From Mustelus asterias (taxonomy: Eukaryota): 64,000 nt of DNA. The notes beneath the pieces were generated by a model. That model was given only the letters and a program-made list of their open reading frames with translations. It searched no databases and had not been told where the DNA came from. The position numbers were made by a program, and so were the translations under genes. The DNA is taken from the NCBI RefSeq assembly GCF_964213995.1, contig NC_135808.1:7130001-7194000 (forward strand), read 5' to 3'. Numbering within the stretch: the first letter of the stretch is position 1; each line of letters opens with the position of its first letter. Positions 12,905 to 25,500 of this stretch are shown here, in pieces.

Positions 12905-15900
12905 AGAAGGAGTAGGGTAAAACTTTCCCTCCCTTCTCAATTAGACTCCTAAATTTGCATTGGGCGCGGTGATCTGGAACACCACCCCGGAGAGTTTAGC
13001 CTAACGGAGATGTAATCCATTCCGGGGAGTAATATCCCAGTGAAGCTCCAGGCCATTAGACCAGGTTACTAAATCAATTAAACCAGGTCTGGGGCCAAGG
13101 CCATTATAGACATTAAACTAATGGAGCTTTAAAAGATTAAAGTTTATTTCTTAGTGTCACAAGTAGTCTTACATTAACACCACAATGAAGTTACTGTGAA
13201 AATCCCCTAGTTTCCACACTCCGGTGCCTGTTCGGGTACACTGAGGGAGAATTCAGCATGGCCAATGCATCCTAACCAGCACGTCTTTTGGACTGTGAGG
13301 GGAAACTGGAGCACCTGGAGGAAACCCACGCTGACTCCACACACACAATTACCCAAGATGGGAATTGAACCTGGGTTCCTGGCGCTGTGAGGCAGCAGTC
13401 TTAACCACTGTGCCACGGAGTTAAAGATGTGGATTGGAATAAAACCCAAACTCATCCAAATAGATTTAACTTCAGTTGCAGCATTTTTAAACCCCAAAGA
13501 TGAAGTTGTACACACTTCTACTGAGGCTACCTCCTTGCCCCACATAAAACCATCATCTACAACTGTGGCACAATGAAGTTAATGGGCGGCACAGTAGCAC
13601 AGTGGTTAGCACTGCTGCTTCACAGCTCCAGGGACCTGGGTTCGATTCCCGGCTTGGGTCACTGTCTGTGTGGAGTTTGCACATTCTCCTCGTGTCTGCG
13701 TGGGTTTCCTCCGGGTGCTCCGGTTTCCTCCCACAGTCCAAAGATGTGCGGGTTAGGTTGATTGGCCGTGCTAAAATTGCCCCTTAGTGTCTTGAGATGG
13801 GTAGGTTAGAGGGATTAGCGGGTAAATATGTAGGGATATGGGGGTAGGGCCTGGGTGGGATTGTGGTCGGTGTAGACTCGATGGGCCGAATGGCCTCTTT
13901 CTACACTGTAGGGTTTCTATGATTTCTATGAACTGCCTGTGAGGTAGCAAGTCTTACTCATGGCGGATATCGAGTGAGAGGGAATCTCATAGAACTTATA
14001 AAATTCTAACAGGGTTAGACAGGGTAGATTCAGAAAGAATGTTCTCGATAGTGGGGGAAGTCCAGAATTAGGGTTCATAGTTTGAGGATAAGGGGTAAAC
14101 CTTTTAGAACTGAGGTGAGGAGTAATTTCTTCATCCAGAGGGTGGTGAATGTGTGGAATTCACTACCATAGAAAGTAGCTGAGGCCAAAATGTCTGATTT
14201 CCAGAAAAAGTTAGGTTCAGCTAATGGGGCTAAAGGGATCAAGGAATATGGGGAGAAGGGGAGATCAGGATATTGAATTTGATGATCAGCCATGATCAAA
14301 CTGAATGGTAAGCAGGCTTGAAGGGTCGAATGGCCTACTCCTGCTTCTAGTTTCTATGTTTCTATGCTTCAATTTCACAGTAACTTTATTGCAATGTTAA
14401 TGTAAGCCTTACTTGTGACTAATAAATAAACTTTTCTATCGGCCACTTGGGATGGGCATGGGGGTGGGAGTGTGGGGGGATAGGGTGGTAACTGCAGGAC
14501 AAGGCTCTCCAGTGAGCTGGTATTTCATTACATATAGCCTCCGACCAACAACAAGAACAAACCGTATTTAAATATTACCTTCAATGTGGAAAGGGAGCAT
14601 TGTCAATCAAAATTAATGCAATGCCTTAGGAGTTATTAGGGCTGGTGATCAAAAATTGTGTCAAAGGGAGTGAGGGTATGAGGGGGTTCAGAAAGGAAGG
14701 GAGAGATGGAGAGTTGGAGAGAGACAGAGAAGTTTAAAGAGGGGTGTCCAGAGTTACAATTCAGGCCACTGACGACCCACCCCCTAATGGTGAGATAAAA
14801 AAGTGGGGAACTGCATAAGGGGCCAGAATTGGAGGAACCAAGAGATCCCGGGGAGGCAGGGCAGGCGGGTGGGGGTTGGGGTTGCGGGGGGAGTGGGCTC
14901 TATGGGCGATGGAAAGTGGGAGAGGCGAATCCATGCAGAACATTGGATGGCAATTGATTGATTGATTGATTATTGTCAAATGTATTGGGGTACAATGAAA
15001 AAAATTGTTGTTTGCGAGCTATACAGACAAAACATACCTTACATACCTTTCATAGCACTGGAGTGGGTGCAGAGGACACTCACCAGGATGCTGCCTGGGA
15101 GGGAACATTTAAGTTATGAAGAGAGGTTGGGTAGGTTTGGATTGTTTTCATTGAGCAGGGAAGACTGAGGGGTGACCTGATCGAGGTGTACAAGATTACG
15201 GGTGCCATGGTGGCACAGTGATTAGCACTGCTGCCTCACAGCACCTGGTTCAATTCCGGCCTCGCGTGACTGTCTGTGTGGAGTTTACACCTTCTCTTCG
15301 TGTCTGCATGGATTTCCCCTGGGTGCTCTGGTTTCCTCCCACAGTCCAAAGGTGCGGGTTAGGTGGATTGGTCAGGCTAAATTGCCCCTTAGTGTCAGGA
15401 GGATTAGCAGGGTAAATGCAGGGGTTACGGAGATAGGACCTGGGTTATTGTCGGTGCATATTCGATGGGCCAAATGGTCTCCTTATACACTGGAGGCATT
15501 CTATAATTCTATGATTATGAGGGACATGGACAGAGTGGAGAAGGAGCAGCTGTTCCCCTTACTTGAAGGGTCAGTCACGAGGGGACGTAAGTTCAAGGTG
15601 AGGGGCAGGAGGCTTAGGGAGGATGTGAGATAAACCTTTTCACCCAGAGGGTGGTGATGGTCTGGAATGCGCTGCCTAGGAGGTGGGGTGCCTCACATCC
15701 TTTAAAAAGTATCTGGATGAGCACTTGGCATGATTTAACATTCAGAGCTACGGGCCAAGTGCTGGCAGATGGGATCAGGTGGGAGTTCAGGTGTTTCTCA
15801 TGTGTCCGTGCAGACTTGATGGGCCGAAGGGCCTGTTCTGCACTGTATGATTCGATGATTCTACATAGGGGAGAGGGAAAGGAGAGGGTGCAGAATATAG

Positions 15901-18900
15901 TATTGCAGTTACTGATAGGGTGTAGAGAAAGATCATGTTAATGCATGACCATTCAAAAGTGTGGCACAGTGGTTAGCACTGCTACCTCACAGCGCCAGGG
16001 ACCTGGGTTCGATTCCCGGCTTGGGTCACTGCATGTGTGGAGTTTGCACGTTCCTCCCGTGTCTTCATGGTTTTCCTTCGGGTGCTCCAATTTTCTCCCA
16101 CAGGACAAAGATGTGCGGGATAGGTGCATTGGCCATGCGAAATTGCCCTTGGTATCCTGGGATGCATCGCTTAGAGGGATTAGTGGGGCAAATATGTGGA
16201 GTTACGGGGATAGGGTCTAGATGGGATTGCTGCCGGTGCAGGCTTGATAGGCGGAATGGCCTCCTTCTGCACTGTAGGGTTTCTCTGAAAAGTCTGATGA
16301 CAGCAGAGAAGAAGCTGTTCTTGAGTCAGTTGATGCCTGTTTTCAGACTTTTGGAATCTTTTTTCCCGACGGAAGAAGGTGAAAGAGACAATGTTAAAAT
16401 TGACAAGATGGGGAGCCAGTGACAACAGTGGATGAACTGGGTGCCAGTTAAGATATAGGCGACCAGATTTCAGAAGAGCATTGATACTGTCTATCGATTT
16501 GAAGTTACATGCCACTTTCCAGAAACTAATTACCAATCGCTCAGACATCACTCCAGTTTGATTCATTTCTAACTAGAAAGACTTTACAAGTGATTTAGGC
16601 TTGGAGACATACCACAAAAGGGAATTGAAATCTAGGGGCATGTTACATGCACAAGCCATACACATGTCAAACTGTGGGAACTGACTCGAACTCAGGTATG
16701 TTTGACTTACTGTTCGTCACAATGAGTTGGGTTCCTGTCCCGTTTCCACTTCCAAATCCTGGAACTTCCACCTCGCAGTAGTAAAAGTCAGAGTCCATTT
16801 TCGCCACATTGTTGATTCTAATGAAAGCCATGCTCTGGGCGAATAACTTCGGCCCTGACTTCTGTATCCGGCTCTGGTAGAAAATATTCCGAGCAGAAAG
16901 CTCCATGTTTTCCGAGGCCCGTCTCCATAAAACTCGCCCGACTTTCTGATTCAATTCAAACGTGCAGTTTAGCTGCACTGAGTCACCTTCGGTGACATTG
17001 ATGGCATCCGGAGACTGGAACACTTCGATATCACCCCTCAGCCCATGGTCTGGAGTACAAATGGAACAATGTAACCATAGAGACATCTGAAACAGGAGCT
17101 GGGGTAGACAATCATAGAACCCCTACAGTGCAGAAAGAGGCCATTTGGCCCATCGAGCCTGCACCGACAACAATCCCACCCAGACCCTATCCCTGTAACT
17201 CTACGTATTTACCCTAGCTAGTCCCCCCACACTAAGAGGCAACTTAGTATGGCCAATCCACCTAACCCGCACATCTTTGGACTGAAGGAGGAAACCAGAG
17301 CACTCGGAGGAAACCCACGCAGACACGGGGAGAACGTGCAAACTCAGCACAGTTACCCGAGGTGGGAATTGAACCGGGACCTTGGCGCTGTGAGGCAGCA
17401 GTGCTAACCACTGTGCCACCGTGCCTCCCCCAAAGAATCATAGAATTCCTACAGTGAGAGAGGCAATTTGGCTCACCGAGTCTGCACCAATTCTCTGACA
17501 GAATATCTTACCCAGGTCCTTCTCCCATCCTATCGCCGTAACTCCACACACTTCCCATGTCTACTCCATCTAACCTACACATCTTTGGACACTAAGGGGT
17601 AATTTAGCATGTCCAATCCACCTAATCTGCACATTTTTGGAATGTGGGAGGAAACCGGAGCACCCAGAGGAAACCCACACAGACATGGGGAGAATGCGCA
17701 GACTCCGCACAGATGGTAACTCAAGCCAGGAATCCAACCTGTGTCCCTGGCTCTGCAAGGCAGCAGTGCTAACCACTTGGCACCATGACGCCCAAACCCC
17801 CATTTGCTCTCTTGAGCCTACTCCACTCTTCCCTCAATCCCACCTTCCCGCATTATCCCCATGTCAATGAATTCCCTTGAACCCAACAATCCACTGTCCG
17901 TGTCTTGGATATATTCAATGACACAGCTCCCTGGGATAGAGAATTCCAAGAGTCACATCTTTCTGAATCCACCCACTGATTCCCCCAAACCATTTACTGT
18001 ATACTTCCTTCCTGCATTAGACTTTCCCAAATTCATCACCTCACATTTGCCCGCATTAAATTCCATCTGCCATTTCTCCACCCAAGCCTATCCCGCTGTA
18101 TCGGTACATCGTGATGCAATACGGGACACTGGCAGCACGGTAGCACAGTGGTTAGCACTGCTGCCTCACAGCTCCAGGGACCTGGGTTTGATTCCCTGTT
18201 TGTCTGTGTGGAGTTTGCATGTTCTCTCTGTGTCTGCATGGGTTTCATCCGGGTGCTCCAGTTTCCTCCCACAGTCCAAAGATGTGCTGGTTAGGTGCAT
18301 TGGTTATGCTAAATTGCCACTTAATTCCCCGGGAAGCATAGGTTAGAGGGATTAGCAGGGTAAATATGTGGGATTACGGGGATAGGGCTTAGGTGGGATT
18401 GTGGACAGTGCAGACCCGATGGGCCAAATGGCCTCCTTATGTGCTGTAGGGTTTCTATGATTCTATGCCTTGCCTAAACGAGCGCAGCTTCAACAACTAA
18501 GACCAGACTAAGAAAATTTGGCATGCCAGCTACGATTCTTAGAATCTTAGAAACCCTACAGCACAGAAAGAGGCCATTCGGCCCATCGAGTCTGCACCGA
18601 CCACAATCCCACCCAGGCCCTGCCCCCATATCCACCCACTAATCCCTCTAACCTACGCATCCCAGGACACTCAGGGCAATTTTAGCATGGCCAATCAACC
18701 TAACCCGCACATCTTTGGACTGTGGGAGGAAACCGGAGCACCCGGAGGAAACCCACGCAGACACGAGGAGAACGTGCAAACTCCACACAGACAGAGACCC
18801 AAGCTGGGAATCGAACCCAGGTCCCTGGAGCTGTGAAGCAGCAGTGCTAACCATTGTGCTACCGTGCCGCCCTGATTCTCACCAACTTTTACAGATGCAC

Positions 18901-19587
18901 CATAGAAAGCATTCTTTGTGGTTGTATCACAGCTTGGTATGGCTCCTGCTCTGACCAAGAACGCAAGAAACTACAAAAGGTCGTGAATGTAGCCCAGTCC
19001 ATCACGCAAACCAGCCTCCTATCCATTGACTCTGTCTACACTTCCCGCTGCCTCTGCAAAGCAGCCAGCATAATTAAAGACCCCACGCACCCCGGACACA
19101 CTCTCTTCCATCTCCTTCTGTCGGGAAAACGATACAAAAGTCTGAGGTCACGTACCAACCGACTCAAGAATAGCTTCTTCCCTGCTGCTGTCAGGCTTTT
19201 GAATGGACCTACCTTGCATTAAGTTGATCTTTCTCTCCACCCGAGCTATGACTGTAACACTACATTCTGCACCCTCTCCTTTCCTTCTCTGTGAACGGTA
19301 TGCTGTCTGTATAGCGTGCAAGAAACAATACTTTTCACTGTATACAAATAAATCTAACAATAATAAATCAAATCAAATCAAGAAACAAGTTTGCAAAAGC
19401 GTAAGGCGGCGTTGTTAAACAAAATCGTTGTTTCAGCACAACAGATTTATGTTTCATCTGTGCAGAAGGAAACAATTTGTACCTGTTAAAAATTCTAAAT
19501 GAATTCAGTGTGATAACAGGGAGACTCACCGATATGGAGAAGAATTGCCATGAAATTCAGAAATGTCCATGTACAAATGGTTTGCAT
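3744..19587 (-). CDS. Gene A: NKp30/NCR3-like single VJ-domain receptor with long tyrosine-motif cytoplasmic tail; model join(19587-19530,17049-16711,10782-10651,9713-9670,3896-3744), about 241 aa
   Basis: Five exons with canonical AG/GT ends and compatible phases (1,1,1,0) give leader + V + stalk/TM + tail, with AATAAA at 3601-3596. The F-G strands YYCEVEVPGFGSGNGTGTQLIV resemble NKp30 (YVCRVEVLGLGVGTGNGTRLVV). Orthology is untested. Confidence 0.8.
4630..5490 (-). mobile_element. Decayed CR1 LINE 3' fragment
   Basis: WAEKWQMKFN..KC..RDLGV peptide. Confidence 0.8.
5500..7140 (+). mobile_element. Decayed CR1-group LINE with two nested V-SINEs (5952-6262 minus, 6735-7015 plus)
   Basis: MFTDDCTV and MEYSPLTWMGAAPTTLKKLDTIQ peptides; same family as 25095-25560. 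Confidence 0.7.
7252..7268 (-). CDS. Gene A candidate 17-nt micro-exon (E-IIDLQ)
   Basis: ttcatattacag acceptor and CAG|GTAAGA donor in unique sequence; phase 1 to 0. Confidence 0.4.
7655..7690 (+). ncRNA. Minimal hammerhead motif (PLE family 2)
   Basis: AC-CTGATGA-A-GGAGC agt GCTCC-GAAA-GCT-C-GTGA. Confidence 0.65.
7938..8281 (-). mobile_element. V-SINE (HE1-like), CR1-type tail
   Basis: tRNA head with A/B boxes, V-domain core, gggccgaatggcct tail. Confidence 0.9.
8765..9085 (+). mobile_element. Rex1/Babar-type LINE fragment
   Basis: Homologous to 2640-2970. Confidence 0.75.
9670..9713 (-). CDS. Gene A exon 4, cytoplasmic (EHRRSHWPEGRTMYT)
   Basis: Strong acceptor ttgttcttatcttgcag, open in phase 1. 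Donor ACG|GTAATT; an alternative donor AAG|GTCGGA after 9687 is possible. Confidence 0.65.
10020..10630 (-). mobile_element. SacSINE/DeuSINE-like SINE interrupted by a CR1 3' end (10227-10497)
   Basis: tRNA-like head (GGTTCAAATCCC) and catctggttcactaatgtcctt body, as in 4275-4560, 26030-26620 and 44190-44510. Confidence 0.65.
10651..10782 (-). CDS. Gene A exon 3, stalk + transmembrane (KVTDCPSACVATKDRLQPLMLGFLGLSILIMVLLLARIYHQHK)
   Basis: ctcacaccag acceptor, G|GTAATT donor, 132 nt phase 1-1, about 20-residue hydrophobic run followed by basic residues. Confidence 0.88.
11020..11546 (+). mobile_element. Rex1/Babar-type LINE 3' end
   Basis: Same family, (TCAAA)n tail. Confidence 0.8.
11615..11912 (-). 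mobile_element. V-SINE with alternative tail (type B)
   Basis: Same head and core, tail ...cacagtaacttcattgcagtgttaatgtaagcctacttgtgacactaataaataaa. Further copies at about 9087, 12258, 13138, 23266, 24583, 32084, 38432, 39082, 45990, 55868, 57097 and 62755. Confidence 0.88.
12872..12903 (+). repeat. 32-nt poly-G run
   Basis: Directly visible. Confidence 0.95.
13584..13930 (+). mobile_element. V-SINE (HE1-like), CR1-type tail, full length
   Basis: As 7938-8281. Further copies at about 15201, 15961, 17112, 17435, 18131, 20362, 21172, 26126, 39841, 43147, 44653, 58122, 59448 and 63822. Confidence 0.92.
16711..17049 (-). CDS. Gene A exon 2, VJ-type Ig V domain
   Basis: ttgtactccag acceptor, A|GTAAGT donor, 339 nt phase 1-1; LNC, VLW, DSDFYYC and GxGT motifs. 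Confidence 0.93.
18505..19380 (+). mobile_element. Rex1/Babar-type LINE 3' end with nested V-SINE (18541-18871, minus)
   Basis: LINE sequence resumes after the SINE; gattct is duplicated at both SINE ends. Confidence 0.8.
19530..19587 (-). CDS. Gene A exon 1, signal peptide MQTICTWTFLNFMAILLHI
   Basis: ATG, 58 nt, hydrophobic, phase-1 donor G|GTGAGT; same length as the gene B leader exon. Confidence 0.85.
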
Positions 19588-19599
19588 CTTGATCCTTGC

Positions 19600-19715
19600 T
19601 CTGGAAGACAGCAGGAACTCATATGTGACCTGCGGCGATGGGAAGCAATGTTAAAGACAAAAAAAGCTCGGACCGCAGGAGCTGACGTGTAAAGAGACTA
19701 TAACCTGTGGTGAGT
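19600..19715 (-). promoter_or_regulatory. Putative gene A promoter (E-box, CRE-like, RUNX)
   Basis: CATATG 19620-19625, TGACGT 19683-19688 and TGTGGT 19706-19711 just upstream of the ATG. Confidence 0.4.
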
Positions 19716-21509
19716 TTACATCATGCAATGCCAAAAAACTTCAGTAATTTTTCCAACTGCGATGCGGTTCGATGTTTTAAAAATAACTGGGCTTGAATAT
19801 TGCACAGGTATCACCGAACATGTTGAGGGAGATGCACACCGTGGGTCGAAACTCATCGTATGTTTGTCAATAAGACTTTGCAAAGGGTCGGGACTCGGGT
19901 GCGAAAACAGACCGGATTAGGTTGATTGGCCATGGTAAATTAGCCCATGGTGTCGGGGAAGGGCGGGGTGGGGCGAGAGGGTAAATATATGGGGTTATGG
20001 GGATAGGGCCTGGGTGGGATTGTGGTCGGTGCAGACTCGATGGGCCGAATGGCCTCCTTCTGCACTGCAGGAATTCTATGAAACCTGGAACTCCCAACCT
20101 GTGGAACCGGGCTAAGCAATATTGCACACAGCTAGCTCGCAGTTAATGAATGGGTACTCGACTTCCAAACCACGCCACCCAAACCTCCCCCCTCCCCCTC
20201 AGGCCATTTAGCACCAGGGTGGTTCCCTGCTGGGTAAAACCAAGGGAGGAGATCAAAAGGGAACCATTAAAGTACTGGAAATGAACCTTAAAAGTTGTAC
20301 AATGGAACAGTAAAAGTGCATCGTTAACAGATTCACAAAGCGAGGTGAATGTTGATAACATATAGGAACCCTACAGTACAGAAGGAGGCCATTCGGCCCA
20401 TTGAGTCTGCACCAACAACAATCCTACCCAGGCCCTATCCCCATAATCCCATGTATTTACCCTGTTAATCCCCCTGACGCAATTTAGCATGGCCAATCCA
20501 CCTAACCCGCACATCTTTCGGACCGTGGGAGGAAACCGGAGCACCCGGAGGAAACCCATGCAGACACGGAGAACGTGCAAACTCCACACAGACAGTGACC
20601 CAAGCCAGGAATTGAACCCAGGTCTCTAGCGCTGTGAGGCAGTAGTGCTAACCAGTGTGCCAATGTGCCGCCATACAAACGCACAAAATTAAGTTGTTTT
20701 TGCATATCCGACATCCTAGGTTAGGAACTTGGTAAACAATGCTAATTAGTGGCAAGATTTTAAATATTAGATGAGGGAATAAGAGAAGTTTAACGATTCG
20801 GAGACAGTGCTCCTGGGGTTCTATGGATGCACTGATAATGTCACTTTGACTGTCAATCCAGAGGTGCAGACGAATAAGATCCAGGCGAATTTATTAGGAA
20901 CACAATCCCACCACATCTGGTAGAATGCAAATTCGATTTTGAAAACACCTGTTAAAAAAATGAATGCAAGTTTTAGTAATGGTCACCATGACAGCTGTCT
21001 CACTCACTTTAGGAGAAGGGAATCTGGTGTACGTGCCAATCCAGACACACAGCAAAATGGTTGAATCTCACCTGCCCTAGGAAATGGCCTTGCAAACCAT
21101 TCACTGAGTAATAGAGCATAATAGAGATTCCTCCACCCACCGTGTCTGCGCCACCCATCAAGCACCTATCTGGGTGCTGGGCATGGTAGCACAATGGTTA
21201 GCACTGCTGCCTCACAGCTCCAGGGACCCGGGTTCAATTCCCGGCTTGATTCACTGTCTGTGTGAAGTTTGCACGTTCTCCCCATGTTTGCGTGGGTTTC
21301 CTCCGGGTGTTCAGGTTTCCTCCCACACTCCAAAGATGTGCGGGTTAGGTTGATTGACCATGATGAATTGCCCATAGTATCCCGGGATGTGTGGGTTAGA
21401 GAGTTAAGTGGGGTAAATGTGTGAGGTTGTGGGGATAGGGCCTGTTGTTGGTGCAGACTGAATGGGCCGAATGTCCTCCTTCTGCACTGTAGAGTTTCTA
21501 TGTTTCTAT

Positions 21510-22590
21510 CTATTTTAGTCCCATTTTCCAGCACTGGTCTGTATCATCCAGCCTCTCCTCACAGCTGGAATGCTCCAGCCCAGGCAACATCATGGTGAAT
21601 CTCCTCTGCACCTTCTCGAGTGCAATCACTTCCTTCCTAAGTGTAGTGACCAGAACTGCACACAGTACTTTAACTTTGGCCTAATGAGGGTTTTGTACAG
21701 CACCATCATAACCTCCCTGCTCTTATATTCAATGCCTGGACTAATAAAGGCAAGTATCCCATATGTCTCTTAACCACCTTATCTACCTGTCCTGCTGCCT
21801 TCAGGGATCTATGGACATGCCCCTCCCCTCTAACCACCAAGATCCCTCTGGTCCTCTGTACTTCCTAGTGTCCTACCGTTCATTGTATATTCCCTTGCCC
21901 CGTTAGTCCTCCCAAAATGCATTACCTCACACTTTTCAGGGTTAACTTCCATTTATCATTGTTCTGCCCAGTGACCGAACCGTCTATATCATCCTGCAAT
22001 CCAAGGTTTTTCTCCTCACTATTTACGACACCACCAATTTTCGTGTCATTTGCAAACTTTCTGACCATACCCCCCCCCACATTCACATCTAGATCCTTAA
22101 CATACTCTACAAACAGCAAGGGTCCCAGCGCCAATACACCACTGGACACCACTGCGCAGTACACCACTGGACACAGGCTTCCAGTCACAGAAACAACCTT
22201 TGACCATCACACAGCCTCCTACCATTCAGCCAAATTTGTAACCAATTTGCCAAACTGCCCTGGATCCCATGGGCTCTTACCTTCTTCATCAGTCTCCCAT
22301 GCGGGTAGATCGTTAAAAACCTTGACAAAGTCCTGATGAGGAGATGCCGGCATTGGACTGGGGTGGGCACAGTAAGAAGTCTCACAACACCAGGTTAAAG
22401 TCCAACAGGTTCATTTGGAATCACGAGCTTTCGGAGAAAATGGGACTCATCTGATGAAGGCGCAGCGCTCAAAAGCTCGTGATTCCAAGTAAACCTGTTG
22501 GACTTTAACCTGGTGTTGTGAGACTTCTTACTTAATGAAGTCCATGTGGACTACATCAACTGCACTGCCCCCATCTACACTCAGTTCAAG
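21510..22590 (-). mobile_element. Decayed CR1 RT fragment
   Basis: LGPLLF..KFANDTKIGG and VDVVHMDF peptides; interrupted by the PLE pair. Confidence 0.8.
22340..22532. mobile_element. Inverted pair of PLE terminal repeats
   Basis: Minus copy 22340-22436 and plus copy 22445-22532 of the same repeat. Confidence 0.75.
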
Positions 22591-25500
22591 GACAATTAGG
22601 GATGCGTAACCAATGTCAGTGATGCCCACATTCCGAAAATGAATATTAAATAAATAAACAGACGGACAGCGATGGTGGTATAGGCAGAAGCGTAAACCAG
22701 GATTGTGCTTTATTGGGAATATTGCTAAAGGTCTACTTGTTCCCATTGTTTCCCTGGTTGACCTGTTGACAAGAGCTTATGAAGATATATTGATTGCCGA
22801 CTCAAAGGCTGCTGACACTTTACTGGGATGAGGATGCTGTCGGAGGGGGAGGGTTGAGGGAACATTGTCAGCTCATCCATCCACCCAAACCCAATGAAAA
22901 TCTCAAATCAAGTAGCTAAGAGACCATCTGTTTTGTTCTACTTTCGGCGCTCCATGGAAGCAAGAAGAAACACGTCAATGTTTAACAGTCGTGTGCAGTT
23001 GCCAGAGAGAAGTGAAACCTTTCAGCTCACATTTGAACTACTCAATAGGGAAGCCATACAGAAAGAAACGTAAAGATTCAACTGTGCACTCACGAAGCGA
23101 AGGAAACAGTTTTTTTGTTGTTGCCTAAATGGTCTACCATTCTTCATTCCACCCTGCCTCTCTTATCCATTCTTTATTCTCCCGTTCCCTCATTTGTCTT
23201 TGCTTCGAAACCACTCATAAAATACAACGTAACCTCCTGGTTCGAGGCAGTTCATGGTAGTTCGCTGGCACAGTGGTTAGCACTGCTGCCTCACAGCACC
23301 AGGGACCCAGGTTCAATTCCCGGCTTGGGTCACTGTCTGTGTGGCGTTTACACATTCTTCTCGTGTCTGCGTGGGTTTCCTCCCACAGTCTGAAAGACAT
23401 GCTGGTTAGGTGCATTGACCCGAACAGGCGCCGTGGTGCGGCGACTAGAGGAATTTCACAGTAACATCATTGCAGTGTTAATGTAAGCCTTACCTGTGAC
23501 TAATAAATAAACTTTAAACTTTAAACTCTATGTCCCCGTTGCTATGTTAAAGTGAATTTAAGATTCATAGAGTTGTTGAAAGTGATAATGCAGACTGGAA
23601 GGATGCGTTTGCACAGGTCATGTGGGGTTTGGGGAGGAGGAGGGTGGGAGGATCAGCAAACAAAAGGGACAGATTAAAATAACTGGCAAAAAAAATAACC
23701 AGGGAGGCGGGTAGAGATGGTTGGGGTTTTTTCATGGAGAGGGATGTTGTTGGTGTTGTAATGCTAATGAGCTGGGAGGGCGTTGGAAGCAGATTCAATT
23801 GCAAAGGGAAATTGGATGTATATATAAAAAGGACAGATATATCATGGAATTCCTGCAGTGCAGAAGGCGGCCATTTGAGCCATCGAGTCTGCACCGACAA
23901 CAATCCCACCCAAGCCCTATCCCCAAACCTCATGTATTTACCCTGCTAAACCCCTAACACAAGGGGCAATTTAGCATGGCCAATCAACCGTTTTGATAGA
24001 AATTACCGGTAGTGGTACTTCCATTTATCTGCAGCCTTTGTCCTTTCTAGATCATCTCTCGTCCTTCTAACGTCCATTGAGTACAAGAGCACTCAACCTC
24101 TCCTCAGAAGAAAATTCACCCATACCCAGGATCAACCGAGTGAAATTTCATTGCATTGCCTCCAATACCAATATATCATTCTGTAGCAAAGGGGCACAAA
24201 ACTGTTTACAGTATTCCAGGTGTGGTCTAACCAGTGCCTTATGTAGTTTTAGCAAGATTTCGCTGTTTTTATACTTCATTCCCTTTAAAATAAAGTCCAA
24301 CATTCCAGTTGCCTTCCCATTTACCTGCTGAACTTGCATGTCTTTTGTGGTCGATGCACGAGGACCCCCAAATCACTCTGTGCTACTGTTTTCTGTAGTC
24401 TTTCTCCACTTAAATAATATTCAACTAGCCCTGCATGCATTTTCCTTCAAGCATTTATCTGAATCCCTGTTAAAAGTAACCAGTAAATCAGCTCCTACAA
24501 CCATTACAAGTATATTCCATACCAACTATTAAATCAGCTTTTAGTTTACTCTCTCCAGCTCATAATAACTTAAAGTTAATACATTAGTGTCACAAGTGGG
24601 CTTACATTAATTAACACTTACTGTGAAAATCCCCTCGTCACCACAATCCAGCATCTGCTCAGTACACTGAGGGAGAATTGAGCAGGGTCAACACACCTAA
24701 CCAGCATGTCTTTCGGACAGTGGGACCAAATCAGAGCACCCAGAGGAAACCCATGCAGATGGAGGGAGAATGGGCAGACTCCACACAGATTGTGACCCAA
24801 GTCGGGAATCAAACCCAGGTTCCTGGCACTGTGAGGAAGCAGTGCTAACCACTGTGCCACTGTTATTTTTCCATGTTGCTTCTGGTTCTATTGCCCTTAA
24901 CCTGAAATATGTGTCCTCTGATTGCCGCTTGATTGCCATCTGTAATTTTGAAGAGAATTTCTCCTTACTCTCTCAGCCAAACCCAGTATGATTTTGAACA
25001 TCTTTATTGCATTTGCTCTTAACCTTTTCCAGCTCACTCGAATGATCCCCATTCTCCAGTCTCTCCACACTACCAAAGTTCCTAATCACTGGTTCCGCTT
25101 GTCTGGATGAGTGCAACTCCAACAGCACTCAAGAAGCTCGACACCAACCGGAGCAAAGCAGCCTGCCTGATTGGCAGCCCATCCACAAACATTCACTCCC
25201 TCTACCACTGATGCCCAGTGGTAGCCGTGTGTGCTATCTACAGGATGCACAGTGGCAACTCACCCCCGTGGCTCCTTCGACAGCATATTCCAAATGCATG
25301 ACCACTACCATCTAGAAGGACAAGGGCAGCAGACACATGGGAACACCACCACTTGGTGTTCCCCTCCACATCACTCAGCATCCTGACTTGGAAATATATC
25401 ACCGTTCCTTCACTGTCGCTGGGTCAAAATCCTGGAATTTCCTCCCTAACAGCACTGCGGTGTACCTACACTGTATGGAATGCAGCACTTCAAGAAGGCG

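Noticed and set aside
13600-13640. CACAGTG heptamers near the V exons as RAG recombination signals
   Set aside because: They are part of the SINE tRNA head, no nonamer follows at 12 or 23 bp, and both V exons already include the J-like strand and end in splice donors.
13584-13655. SINE heads as functional tRNA genes
   Set aside because: They are always fused to the SINE body and tail and vary between copies.
13553-13787. Recurring ORFs such as MAQWLALLPHS, MVSTAASQ and MDCGRKPEHPEE as a gene family
   Set aside because: They are translations of the V-SINE in different frames.
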